Origin: Acidimicrobiales bacterium
GTDB taxonomy: Bacteria; Actinomycetota; Acidimicrobiia; Acidimicrobiales; Bog-793
DNA length: 64,000 nt
Direction of reading: 5' to 3'
Assembly: GCA_035294725.1 (NCBI GenBank)
Contig: DATGKK010000125.1
Coordinates: forward strand, 502 to 64,501
In this document: piece after piece, positions 41,692-50,332 of the stretch
Numbering within the stretch: position 1 is the stretch's first letter
Layout: each line of letters begins with the position of its first letter
Notes under the pieces: generated by a model
Databases searched by the model: none
Seen by the model: the letters and a program-made list of their open reading frames with translations, nothing else
What the model was told of the DNA's origin: nothing
Made by a program: the position numbers and the translations under genes

Positions 41692-42777
41692 TCAGCCGTT
41701 GATGGGCCCTGAGCCCTCGCGCAGGCTCCCCGCGTTCCTGCCTGACCGGTGGGCGAGGATCTCGGCGACGATGGCGACCGCCGTCTCCTCCGGGGTGCGC
41801 GCACCGAGGTCGAGGCCGACCGGGCCGTGGATCCGCTCGAGGTCGTCGCGGGCCACGCCGAGCTGGGTGAGGCGCTCGATCCGGGCCGCCTGGGTGTGGC
41901 GAGAGCCGAGAGCGCCGACGTAGCACCCGGTCGCGAGCGCGGCTGCGAGCGCCGGGGTGTCGACCTCGGGGTCATGGGAGAGCACGACCGCGGCGTCGCG
42001 CTCTCCGAGCGAGGCCACGGCCACTGCCGCCGAGGGTCCGTCGGTGACCTCCACGTCCCAGCCGAGGAGCCTCCCCTGCACGCCGAGGGCGGTGGCGAGC
42101 TCCGCCTCGCCGACCACGACGAGCCGCGTCGTCGGCACGTGGGCCTCGACCACCACGTTGTGGCCGGCCGCCGTGTGGACCTCGCTCACGGCCCGCCCTG
42201 CCCTGAGGGCCGCGAGGCACCAGGCCTCCGCCTGCGCGTCGAGGGCGGCGTCACCGAGAGAGCCGAGGCGTCGGGCGCCTCGCGTCGCCGGCTCGTCGAC
42301 CATGGCGAGCGACGCCGCCCTCAGTGCTCGGCCCGGCTCGTCACCGGGGACGAGGGTGGCGATGGCAACCGGACGGCTCGCCTCGGCGAGGGCGGCGAGG
42401 GCGTCCTGCCCGAGGCACTCGAGCGTGGTCGTGAGCACCTCGGCGACCCCGCCGCATGCCATCCCTGCCGCAACGGCGTCGGTGTCGCCGACGCGCACCC
42501 CGATCAAGGTGGCCGGCGTGCCGAGCGCTCCGGCGAGGACGCCGTCGGCCAGACCACCGAGCAGGGAGCCGCTCGTGACGCCGGAGCGATCAAGCAGCGC
42601 CGCCTCGCCGGCGCGCCGGCCACCGAAGCCGCGGAAGGCCACCACCCTCGCGAGGGCGAGCTCGCCGGGCCTGGCGCCATCGGCAAGTGCCGATGCGGCG
42701 CGGCGAGCGACCGCATGGATCCCCGTGCCGGTCGTCTCCGCCCGCTCGGCTTGGCTCGGCGGCTGGCTCGGCGTCAT
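41692..42777 (-). CDS. XdhC/CoxI family accessory protein
   Basis: 361-aa ORF. The N-terminal XdhC_CoxI region has LALARVVAFRG. The C-terminal Rossmann-like region has LVVVGEAELATAL...AVVVLSHDPEVDTPALAAAL...YVGALGSRHT. Confidence 0.8.
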   Translation of the reverse strand: MTPSQPPSQAERAETTGTGIHAVARRAASALADGARPGELALARVVAFRGFGGRRAGEAALLDRSGVTSGSLLGGLADGVLAGALGTPATLIGVRVGDTDAVAAGMACGGVAEVLTTTLECLGQDALAALAEASRPVAIATLVPGDEPGRALRAASLAMVDEPATRGARRLGSLGDAALDAQAEAWCLAALRAGRAVSEVHTAAGHNVVVEAHVPTTRLVVVGEAELATALGVQGRLLGWDVEVTDGPSAAVAVASLGERDAAVVLSHDPEVDTPALAAALATGCYVGALGSRHTQAARIERLTQLGVARDDLERIHGPVGLDLGARTPEETAVAIVAEILAHRSGRNAGSLREGSGPING

Positions 42778-42809
42778 CTGGCCGCCCGGGTGCTCGTCAC
42801 GCCGGCATC

Positions 42810-43013
42810 CTACGGGCCGGGAGCGAGCTCCTCGATGGCGAACTCAGGGCAGTTGGCGATCGCGAGGCGCGCCTTGGCCTCGAGCTCGGGCGGGACGGTG
42901 CCGTCGCCGACGACGCTCGAGGTGCCGTAGTCGTCGACGTCGAACAGCTCCGGGGCCAGCCCGTAGCAGCGTGCGTGGCCCTGGCACTTGTCGGGGTCGA
43001 CTCTGATCCTCAC
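42810..43013 (-). CDS. 3Fe-4S-type ferredoxin (P450 redox partner)
   Basis: 67 aa from GTG 43013: VRIRVDPDKCQGHARCYGLAPELF...IANCPEFAI (CxxHxxC...CP). A GTGA overlap joins it to the P450 stop. The rest of ORF 42810..43886 was discarded. Confidence 0.8.
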   Translation of the reverse strand: MRIRVDPDKCQGHARCYGLAPELFDVDDYGTSSVVGDGTVPPELEAKARLAIANCPEFAIEELAPGP

Positions 43014-44212
43014 GGGAACACCACGGGCAGCTGCCGCGGACCCCGCACCTGGCCGCCAGCCCACGTGACCTCGGCGCCCTCTTCGAGGCGGAACTCGGGG
43101 ATGGCCGCGAGCCACTCCTCGAGAGCCACCCGCAGCTCCATGCGGGCGAGGTTGGAGCCGGCGCAGCGGTGGATGCCGGCGCCGAAGGCGACGTGACGGT
43201 TGTGTGCCCGGTCGAGCACGACCTCGTCGGGCCGCTCGAACACCTCGGGGTCCCGGTTGGCGGCGGGGAAGCTCAACAGGATGCGATCGCCCGCTTTCAT
43301 CGGGCAGCCGTTCAGCTCGACGTCGCCGGTCACGATGCGGGCCATCGTCACTGGCGAGTACGCCCGGAGCAGTTCCTCGATCGCTAGCGGCCAGATCTCG
43401 GGCTCGGCCACGAGCCGCCGCCGGTCCTCGGGATGAGTGGCGAGGTGCCACAGCGAAGAGCCGATCGCGCTCCAGGTCGTGTCGATGCCCGCGATGAGCA
43501 CGAGAGCGGCCGCCCCCATCACGATGCTGTCGTCGATGGGCTGGCCGTCGACCTCCGTGCGGAGGAGCTCGCTCAGCAGGTCGCCCCCCGGTCCGCGGCG
43601 GCGGCGCTCGACCTCCGCCACGAAGTAGTTGAGGAGGCCCTCCATCCCGTGGAGGGAGCGTTCGGCGTCGTCGGCGAACTCGAGGACCTCCCGAACCCAG
43701 CCGGTGAAGGTGTCGGAAAGGTCCTCTTCCACCCCGAGGATGTGGCTGATGACGCGGACCGGGATCTGCTGCGCGTAGTCGGCAGCCGCGTCCGCCCTCC
43801 CGTCCTCGACGAAGCACTCGATCAACCTGCGGCAGAGCTGGCGGGTGAGGTCCTCGTAGCCCTCGACCCGGCGGTGGGAGAACCACGGCAGGAGCAGGCG
43901 GCGGGTCCAGGTGTGAAGCGGCGGGTCGGCCGAGATGGGCGGCAGCCCGTAGGCGAGCACCGGCTCGTCCGGCTCCTCGCCGTCAAAGGGGATGACCCCG
44001 ACCTCGATCGAGCTGAAGTGCTCGATGTCGTGGGCGATGGCGGTGACGTCCTCGTAGCGAGTGGGCAGCCAGTTGCTGCCGCGCCGGTTGGTGTGGGCGA
44101 TCGGGCAGCTCTCCCGAAGCATCCGCCAGGTCTCGAACGGGCTGCGGACGTAGTCCGGATCCATGACGTCGAAGTCGGAGGTCCAGTCGCTCACCGGTCG
44201 GGTGGTCGTCAT
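43010..44212 (-). CDS. cytochrome P450
   Basis: 400-aa ORF with heme-binding loop FGAGIHRCAGSNLA, the EELLR (ExxR) motif, and an AGIDTT I-helix. Confidence 0.9.
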   Translation of the reverse strand: MTTTRPVSDWTSDFDVMDPDYVRSPFETWRMLRESCPIAHTNRRGSNWLPTRYEDVTAIAHDIEHFSSIEVGVIPFDGEEPDEPVLAYGLPPISADPPLHTWTRRLLLPWFSHRRVEGYEDLTRQLCRRLIECFVEDGRADAAADYAQQIPVRVISHILGVEEDLSDTFTGWVREVLEFADDAERSLHGMEGLLNYFVAEVERRRRGPGGDLLSELLRTEVDGQPIDDSIVMGAAALVLIAGIDTTWSAIGSSLWHLATHPEDRRRLVAEPEIWPLAIEELLRAYSPVTMARIVTGDVELNGCPMKAGDRILLSFPAANRDPEVFERPDEVVLDRAHNRHVAFGAGIHRCAGSNLARMELRVALEEWLAAIPEFRLEEGAEVTWAGGQVRGPRQLPVVFP

Positions 44213-44260
44213 GTCGTCCCCTTGTCCCGGGCGGGTTCCCCCCTCGCCGCAGCGATCACA

Positions 44261-45247
44261 CTATGCCTCCGGCACCCTGGCGTGCACGTCGATGACAGTT
44301 CGGCAGACAGCAGCGGACTGCGCCGACGACGGCGAACCTGCCGGGCCGTCCGGCGGGGCCCCCTCGCGCCGTGGCGCCTTCGGCTCGCTCGCTCGGCTCG
44401 CCCACCAGCCTGCGCCGGCGATCACGAGGGCGGCCGCCACGGCACCGGCGAGCGCAGCCGTGCCGAGACCGAGGCACTTCAGGGCGGCGGCGGCGACGAC
44501 GAGGGTGATGGCAGGTCGAAGGCGACGGCCCCGGGTTGAACGCGACGACACCAGCGAGCCCGCGACGACCGCCGGGGTGCTCCCGATCACGACCGAGAGG
44601 CTGAGCGGGAGCTCGACATGCCCGAAGAGGAGCGAGCCCACCCCGGCGGCGAGCGTGAGTGGCACGGCCTGTGCGAGATCGGTGCCCACGAGCTGGCGGA
44701 GCTCGACGGCCGGGTAGATGAGGAGGAGGAGGACCATGACGAGCGAGCCGGCGCCGACCGACGTGAGGCCGACGGCGAGACCGGCGACCGCGCCTGCGGC
44801 CGCGCTCGCGACCGGGCGGAGCTCGAGCTCGTGGACGCTTGCGGGTGGCACGGTTCTCCGGCGCCGGGCGACGAGGGGGCGGAGGCGGGCCGCCGCCACC
44901 CCGAGGAGCATCACTGCGCCGAGGGTGCTCTCGACGGCTCGTTCGGCCGCGTGGGACTCCCCGAGGGTGCGCAGCAGGAGCGTTCCGAGGAGAGCCGCCG
45001 GGACCGAACCTATCGTCAGCCAGCCGGCAAGACGGAAGTTGACGGTGCCGGCGGCGGCATGCACGGCGGCGCCGGCCGGGCGCATCACGATCGCGGCGAC
45101 GAGGTCGCTCGAGATCGCCGCCGAGGGGGCCACGCCGAACACGAGGACCAGCATGGGGGTCATGAGGGCGCCACCGCCGGTGCCGGTGAGACCCACGAGG
45201 AGACCGACCGCCGCGGCACCGAGCACGACGGGCAGCTCCAGGTGCAC
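44261..45247 (-). CDS. TauE/SafE (TSUP) family anion exporter with extended C-terminal tail
   Basis: 328-aa ORF. LVGLTGTGGGALMTPMLVLVFG and a second-half repeat VGLTSVGAGSLVMVLL. An extra hydrophilic tail of about 60 aa follows. Confidence 0.8.
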   Translation of the reverse strand: MHLELPVVLGAAAVGLLVGLTGTGGGALMTPMLVLVFGVAPSAAISSDLVAAIVMRPAGAAVHAAAGTVNFRLAGWLTIGSVPAALLGTLLLRTLGESHAAERAVESTLGAVMLLGVAAARLRPLVARRRRTVPPASVHELELRPVASAAAGAVAGLAVGLTSVGAGSLVMVLLLLIYPAVELRQLVGTDLAQAVPLTLAAGVGSLLFGHVELPLSLSVVIGSTPAVVAGSLVSSRSTRGRRLRPAITLVVAAAALKCLGLGTAALAGAVAAALVIAGAGWWASRASEPKAPRREGAPPDGPAGSPSSAQSAAVCRTVIDVHARVPEA

Positions 45248-45259
45248 CGCCGTATTATA
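45248..45259 (-). promoter_or_regulatory. consensus -10 box TATAAT 6 nt upstream of the GTG start (candidate leaderless promoter of the TauE-family gene)
   Basis: The minus strand reads TATAAT(45259-45254)-acggcg-GTG(45247). There is no Shine-Dalgarno sequence. It lies in a ~36-bp island of about 28% GC. Confidence 0.5.
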
Positions 45260-45287
45260 GTAAAACCATAAACTAACTAGCTAATGC

Positions 45288-46322
45288 TCACGCGCTCCCG
45301 TGCGTGCACGAGAGGTACGCCGGCAGTCGCGGCGCGGCTGCCGGCACCAGCTCGGAGAGGAAGCGGAGCGTCGGCCACGCCTGCTCGGTGAAAAAGGCCG
45401 TGCCGGCTGGCCCGCTGAGCACGGCCACGTCGGCCGGGCGGGGGCACGCACGAGCGAAGTCGGCGACACCCCTCGCAAAGGCGTCACCGGTGTGCTGCAC
45501 CACGCGAAGCGGCTTGCCGGCGAGCGCGCCGGCGTGCCGGATCACGTCGTAACGGTCGAACTGGGCCCGAGAGGTGAAGGCGGACGGGTCGGCCTTCCTC
45601 GCGGCGTGGTAGTCGGGCCAGATCGACGGGCTGATGGCCGCCGCCGCCGCAAAGAGCTCGGGGTGCTCCTCGGCAAAGAGGATCGCGCCGTAACCGCCCA
45701 TGGCGATCCCGGTGACGAGCACGGGGCGGGAGTGGCCGAGGCCGATCCGCTGGCACATCGGGATGAGCTCCTCGACGACCATCGCCATCGGGTCGTCGCC
45801 GGGGCGGGGGTGCCAGTAGCCGTCCCCACCGTCTGCGCAGACCATGGCCATCGGGTGGATCGTGTTCCCGTCGTGGCCGAGACTGAGCGCCGTGGCGAGC
45901 GGGTACCCGCCGAACAGGCTCGCGTGGCTTCCGCCGTAGGGGTGGAGGTAGACGAGGAGCGGGAGCACGTCACCCCTCACGTAGCCGGGCGGGTAGGCCA
46001 GGGTGTAACCGACCTGGCGGTTCCTCGCCCGTGAGAAGAACTGGCCGGTGTAGGTGACCCCGCGGCCGATTCGCCGGTAGGGAGGGTCGGTCGTGCAGCG
46101 GCCGGAGAACGTGCTGAGCGGGGGACCGAGGAGGATGCCGCCCTGGTCCTCCTGGCGGCGGGAGAGCTCGATGCCGGTGATGCCACCGGCAAGCGCGATC
46201 GGGATGCCGAGACCGAGGCCGAGCACCTTGCGCCGCGACCAGGCGTGCCGCCGGTTCCCGGCGGCCTCGGGAGGGGCGTCGTGACCGAGATCGCTCACGG
46301 GCCGAACTGTAGGTTGCGGCAC
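45288..46322 (-). CDS. secreted alpha/beta hydrolase, esterase family (Tat signal)
   Basis: 344-aa ORF with the twin-arginine signal SRRKVLGLGLGIPIALAGG, LLVYLHPYGGS, and the nucleophile elbow GIAMGGYGA. Confidence 0.75.
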   Translation of the reverse strand: MPQPTVRPVSDLGHDAPPEAAGNRRHAWSRRKVLGLGLGIPIALAGGITGIELSRRQEDQGGILLGPPLSTFSGRCTTDPPYRRIGRGVTYTGQFFSRARNRQVGYTLAYPPGYVRGDVLPLLVYLHPYGGSHASLFGGYPLATALSLGHDGNTIHPMAMVCADGGDGYWHPRPGDDPMAMVVEELIPMCQRIGLGHSRPVLVTGIAMGGYGAILFAEEHPELFAAAAAISPSIWPDYHAARKADPSAFTSRAQFDRYDVIRHAGALAGKPLRVVQHTGDAFARGVADFARACPRPADVAVLSGPAGTAFFTEQAWPTLRFLSELVPAAAPRLPAYLSCTHGSA

Positions 46323-46437
46323 CGGAGCAAGAGCGTCGGCACCGCGGTGGCTTCCTGCTCCTCGGGCCCGGAGGTCACCTCGCCGCCCACGTGCCGAGGC
46401 TACCTCCCGATGCCGGGATCTGCTGGCGGGGGAGCTG

Positions 46438-46809
46438 TCAGGAGCGGCGAAACCGGTCGAGCCGGCGACGGTCGCGCTTGGTCGGCCGCCCGGAGGAGGC
46501 CGGGCGCGCGAGCGCCGGGCGGGCGTCCTCTCGCGCCGTCGGTGGAGTGCGGTCGGCCAGGCACTCCGCGGCGAGGGCGGCGCCGACCCGGCGCTCGATC
46601 ACCCGGGTCACCTCGAGCACGCGCATGCGCCCTCCGGCGTAGGCCGTCACCGTGTCGCCGACGCGCACCGCAGTGGCCGGCTTGGCCGGCATCCGGTTCA
46701 CCTTGACGTGGCCGCCCCGGCAGGCGCCGGTCGCCGCGGAGCGGGACGGGTAGATCCGCACCGCCCAGAGCCAGCGGTCGACGCGCGTGCTGAGGAGCTC
46801 TCCGGCCAC
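46438..46809 (-). CDS. RNA-binding S4 domain protein (Hsp15-like)
   Basis: 123-aa ORF with TRVDRWLWAVRIYPSRSAATGACRGGHVKVN and a basic tail. It sits 8 nt downstream of ettA. Confidence 0.75.
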   Translation of the reverse strand: MAGELLSTRVDRWLWAVRIYPSRSAATGACRGGHVKVNRMPAKPATAVRVGDTVTAYAGGRMRVLEVTRVIERRVGAALAAECLADRTPPTAREDARPALARPASSGRPTKRDRRRLDRFRRS

Positions 46810-46816
46810 GCCGCGG

Positions 46817-48496
46817 TCAGCCTCTTGTGAGGGGTCGGTACTTGATGCGGTGGGGCTGGTCTGCTTCGAGCCCGAGCCGCTTGCGGCGGTCTGCCTCGTA
46901 GTCGCTGAAGTTGCCCTCGAACCACCGCACCTGCGACTCGCCCTCGAAGGCGAGGACGTGGGTCGAGATCCGGTCGAGGAACCACCGGTCGTGGCTCACG
47001 ACGACGACGCAGCCCGGGAAGGCGAGAAGGCCGTCCTCCAGCGCGCGCAGCGTGTCGACGTCGAGGTCGTTCGTCGGCTCGTCGAGGAGCAGGACGTTGG
47101 CCCCGCTCTTCAGCACCTTGGCCAGCTGCACCCGGTTGCGCTCGCCGCCTGAGAGCTCTCCCACCTTCTTTTGCTGGTCGCTCCCCCTGAAGCCGAAGCT
47201 CGAGACCCACGCCCTGGCGTGGATCTCCCGGTTGCCGATGACGATCCGCTCGAGCCCTCCGGTGATCTCGTCGAAGACGGTGGCGCCGGGGTCGAGGGCG
47301 TCCCGGGACTGGTCGACGTAGGCGAGCACCACGGTCGCGCCGATCTCGAGCCTGCCGGCGTCCGACTCCTCCTCGCCGACGATCAGCCTGAGGAGCGTGG
47401 TCTTGCCCGAGCCGTTCGGGCCGATGACGCCGACGATGCCGCCCGGGGGGAGGAGGAACGAGAGACCGTCGATGAGGAGCCGGTCCTCGTAGCCCTTCGA
47501 GAGCCCATGCGCGTCGACGACCTGGTCGCCGAGGCGCGGTCCAGGGGGGATCGAGATCTCGAGCCCCGCCGGGCGGCGCTCGGCCGACTCGGCCTCGGCG
47601 ACGAGGTCGTGGTAGGCGTTGATGCGGGCCTTGCCCTTCGCCTGGCGGGCGCGAGGTGACATCCGGATCCACTCGAGCTCCCGCTCGAGTGCCTCAGCTC
47701 GTGCCCGGTCGGCCCGCTCCTCCGCGGCGAGGCGCGCCTGTTTCTGCTCGAGCCAGGAGGTGTAGTTGCCCTCCCACGGGATCCCGAAGCCCCGGTCCAG
47801 CTCGAGGATCCAGCCGGCGACGTGGTCGAGGAAGTAGCGGTCGTGCGTGACCGCCACGACCGTGCCGGGGTACTCCTGCAGGGTCCGCTCCAGCCATGCC
47901 ACCGACTCGGCGTCGAGGTGGTTCGTCGGCTCGTCGAGCAGGAGGAGGTCGGGCCTCGAGAGGAGAAGGCGGCACAGCGCGACACGGCGTCGCTCCCCTC
48001 CCGAGAGGGTCGTCACCGGAGCGTCGGCGGGCGGGAGCCGGAGGGCGTCCATCGCGATCTCGAGGGTCCGCTCGAGGTCCCAGGCTCCGGCGGCGTCGAT
48101 CTCGCTCTGGAGCTGGGCCTGCTCGGCGAGTAGGGCGTCGAGGTCGGCGCCAGGCTCACCGAAGGCGGCGCAGACCTCGTTGAAGCGCTCGATGAGCGCC
48201 CGTTGTGCGGCGACGCCATCCGACACGTTGCCGAGCACGTCCTTTTCGGGGTCGAGCTGTGGCTCCTGGGGAAGGTACCCGACGGTGAAGCCAGGCGTCA
48301 GCCGTGCTTGGCCGGTGAAGCCGTCGTCGGTTCCCGCCATGATGCGTAGGAGCGAGGACTTCCCGGAGCCGTTGGCACCGATGACGCCGATCTTGGCGCC
48401 CGGGTAGAAGGAGAGGTTGATGCCGCGCAGGACCTCCCGGTCGGGGGGGTAGAAGCGGCGCAGGTCGCGCATCGTGAAGATGAACTGGGCCGGCAT
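46817..48496 (-). CDS. ettA: energy-dependent translational throttle protein, ABC-F ATPase
   Basis: 559 aa from ATG 48496: MPAQFIFTMRDLRRFYPPDREVL. It has two ABC cassettes (GANGSGKSS and GPNGSGKTT; LSGGERRRVAL and LSGGERNRVQL). Confidence 0.9.
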   Translation of the reverse strand: MPAQFIFTMRDLRRFYPPDREVLRGINLSFYPGAKIGVIGANGSGKSSLLRIMAGTDDGFTGQARLTPGFTVGYLPQEPQLDPEKDVLGNVSDGVAAQRALIERFNEVCAAFGEPGADLDALLAEQAQLQSEIDAAGAWDLERTLEIAMDALRLPPADAPVTTLSGGERRRVALCRLLLSRPDLLLLDEPTNHLDAESVAWLERTLQEYPGTVVAVTHDRYFLDHVAGWILELDRGFGIPWEGNYTSWLEQKQARLAAEERADRARAEALERELEWIRMSPRARQAKGKARINAYHDLVAEAESAERRPAGLEISIPPGPRLGDQVVDAHGLSKGYEDRLLIDGLSFLLPPGGIVGVIGPNGSGKTTLLRLIVGEEESDAGRLEIGATVVLAYVDQSRDALDPGATVFDEITGGLERIVIGNREIHARAWVSSFGFRGSDQQKKVGELSGGERNRVQLAKVLKSGANVLLLDEPTNDLDVDTLRALEDGLLAFPGCVVVVSHDRWFLDRISTHVLAFEGESQVRWFEGNFSDYEADRRKRLGLEADQPHRIKYRPLTRG

Positions 48497-48815
48497 GCCC
48501 TCAAGTGTGCCGGGAACGGGACCCTCTCGGAGCGCTCGCCTCCGCGCGGGCGGCACCCGCTCGGGGGATGTTGGCCCAAGCACGGGGCGAGCTGGCCGCC
48601 CGAGGCGGTGAGTGGAGACGACGCCTGGCGAACGGATCGACGCGACGCTGGCGGCGCCTCACGAGTATGGCGCGCCGACATGCTCCGTTGCTCGTCCCAC
48701 TCTGGGTGCAGGCGAGGAGAACCCCCGGGTGGACCGAGCCGGACTACCCCGACCTCGACGCGCAGATCCCCGAGGGGCCGCGCCGGCGAGGCCGCGCTGG
48801 GACCGAGCTACCGCT

Positions 48816-48836
48816 CCCGACGGCGTCGCCGTCGGG
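48816..48836 (-). terminator. perfect 9-bp-stem hairpin 21 nt downstream of the MBL hydrolase stop
   Basis: CCCGACGGC-gtc-GCCGTCGGG (palindromic, so it can form on either strand). No U-tract, as is common in high-GC actinobacteria. Confidence 0.45.
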
Positions 48837-48857
48837 CCGAGCTCTGTCGTGCAGGGC

Positions 48858-49814
48858 TCAGATCGAGCCCACGCGGGTGGAAAGCGGCGCGCCTGCGTTC
48901 CAGGCGATCGCGTCGGCGAAGGCGAGAGCGAGGTCGACGTCGCCGGACTCTGCGTCCGCGTAGGCCCGGTGCAGGTTGAGCACGAGGCGTTCGGAGTCGG
49001 CCCAGGCGGCGAACTCGCCGAGCTCGGTCTCGCGGGCCACCTCGAGGGGCGACCGGCCGGCCCGCCTCCCCGCCTCTGCGCGATCGAGCACGAGCCGGTA
49101 GTACCGCTCGTGCTCACCGAGCACCCGGTCGAGCTCCCGGGCCGGGACGATCGGACCGTGGCCCGGCACGAGTTGCTCTGGCCGGAACGACCACAGCCAC
49201 TCGAGCGAGCGGAGGGCGCCCTCGATCGAGCCGGCCACGACGAGCGGGGTCAGCCCGTGGAAGATGAGGTCGCCGCTGTAGAGGACCTGCTGGTCCGGCA
49301 GCCACACGGCGAGGTCGCCGGTCGTGTGGGCGGCATAGCCGGGGTGCAGGACCTCGACCCGCACGCCGCCCAGGTGGATCGTGACGTCACGGCTGATCGT
49401 GAGGTCGGGCACGCGGCGGCCGACCCCGCCCCAGTCCGGCACCGGGTCCCACAGGGGTGGGCAGGCATCGATGACCGGGTCGACGAGCAGGCGGGCGCGC
49501 ATGTTCTCGTGGCCGATCAAGAGCGCCTCGTTCGGCAAGAGGCTGTTGCCGTAGGTGTGGTCGCCGTGCTCGTGGGTGTTGACGGCGATCCGCACTGGGC
49601 TCCCACCGGTCGCGCCGGCGAGCGACCCGAGGAATCGCCGGGTTCTCGCGGCCGTGGCGCAGGTGTCGATGACGAGGGTCTGGCCGGCCGCAACGACGGC
49701 TCCTGCGTTGTTCACCCACCAGGTGCCGTCGGGCTGCACGTAGGCGAAAACGCCGGGAGCAAGCTCGTGGAGCGCAGGCTCGCCGTGCTCGCCAGCCGGG
49801 TGGGGCTCGGCCAT
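48858..49814 (-). CDS. MBL-fold metallo-hydrolase
   Basis: 318-aa ORF with the motif NTHEHGDHTYGN (HxHxDH) and later H/D ligands. Confidence 0.85.
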   Translation of the reverse strand: MAEPHPAGEHGEPALHELAPGVFAYVQPDGTWWVNNAGAVVAAGQTLVIDTCATAARTRRFLGSLAGATGGSPVRIAVNTHEHGDHTYGNSLLPNEALLIGHENMRARLLVDPVIDACPPLWDPVPDWGGVGRRVPDLTISRDVTIHLGGVRVEVLHPGYAAHTTGDLAVWLPDQQVLYSGDLIFHGLTPLVVAGSIEGALRSLEWLWSFRPEQLVPGHGPIVPARELDRVLGEHERYYRLVLDRAEAGRRAGRSPLEVARETELGEFAAWADSERLVLNLHRAYADAESGDVDLALAFADAIAWNAGAPLSTRVGSI

Positions 49815-49875
49815 GAGCTCCGATCGTAGGTCGCTCGGGGCGCAACCGGCCCCGGGAGGCGATAGGTTGCCGGAG

Positions 49876-50304
49876 ATGGCCGGCGGCGAGATCCCGCTGT
49901 CGCGAGGAGTGCCCGAGACGGTGCTGCCCGAGGTGCCCGCAGACTGGGCGGCCGACTTGGCGCGGGCGCAGGCGGCGCCCGCCGAGGAACGGCTCGCGGC
50001 GGTCTCCCAGGTGGCCGCGAGCCACCCGCGCTACCTCGAGGCGTGGGCGACGCTCGCCGAGCTTGCCGGCGACCCGGTGGCCTCCTACGCCTACGCCCGC
50101 GTCGGCTACCACCGCGGCCTCGACGCGCTGCGCGCGGCCGGATGGAAAGGCTCCGGCTACGTCCGCTCGCGCGAGCCCTCCAACCTCGGCTTCCTCCGCT
50201 CGCTCGCAGCCCTCCGGCGGGCGGCCGAGACGATCGGGGAGGAGGACGAGGCCGAGCGGTGCCGGCTCTTCCTCGCCCAGCTCGACCCGGACCGGCGCCG
50301 GTGA
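49876..50304 (+). CDS. DUF3151 family protein
   Basis: Starts at ATG 49876. HPRYLEAWATLAELAGDPVASYAYARVGYHRGLDALRAAGWKGSGYV...EPSNLGFLRSL...IGEEDEAERCRLFL matches my recollection of the actinobacterial DUF3151 pattern. Confidence 0.7.
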   Translation: MAGGEIPLSRGVPETVLPEVPADWAADLARAQAAPAEERLAAVSQVAASHPRYLEAWATLAELAGDPVASYAYARVGYHRGLDALRAAGWKGSGYVRSREPSNLGFLRSLAALRRAAETIGEEDEAERCRLFLAQLDPDRRR

Positions 50305-50332
50305 CCGCCTTGTCAGCGGCCGAGTGGCGGGC

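Noticed and set aside
43014-43886. Upstream 291 codons of ORF 42810..43886
   Set aside because: This part overlaps the P450 gene out of frame and is Arg/Pro/Gly-rich. Only the last 67 codons (from GTG 43013) form a ferredoxin.
48298-48963. ORFs 48505..48963(+) and 48298..48681(-) in the long ettA upstream region
   Set aside because: Their composition is Arg/Pro/Gly/Ser-rich with no motifs. The minus-strand ORF overlaps ettA out of frame and the plus-strand ORF overlaps the MBL gene antisense. I kept the region as non-coding and flagged it as unexplained.
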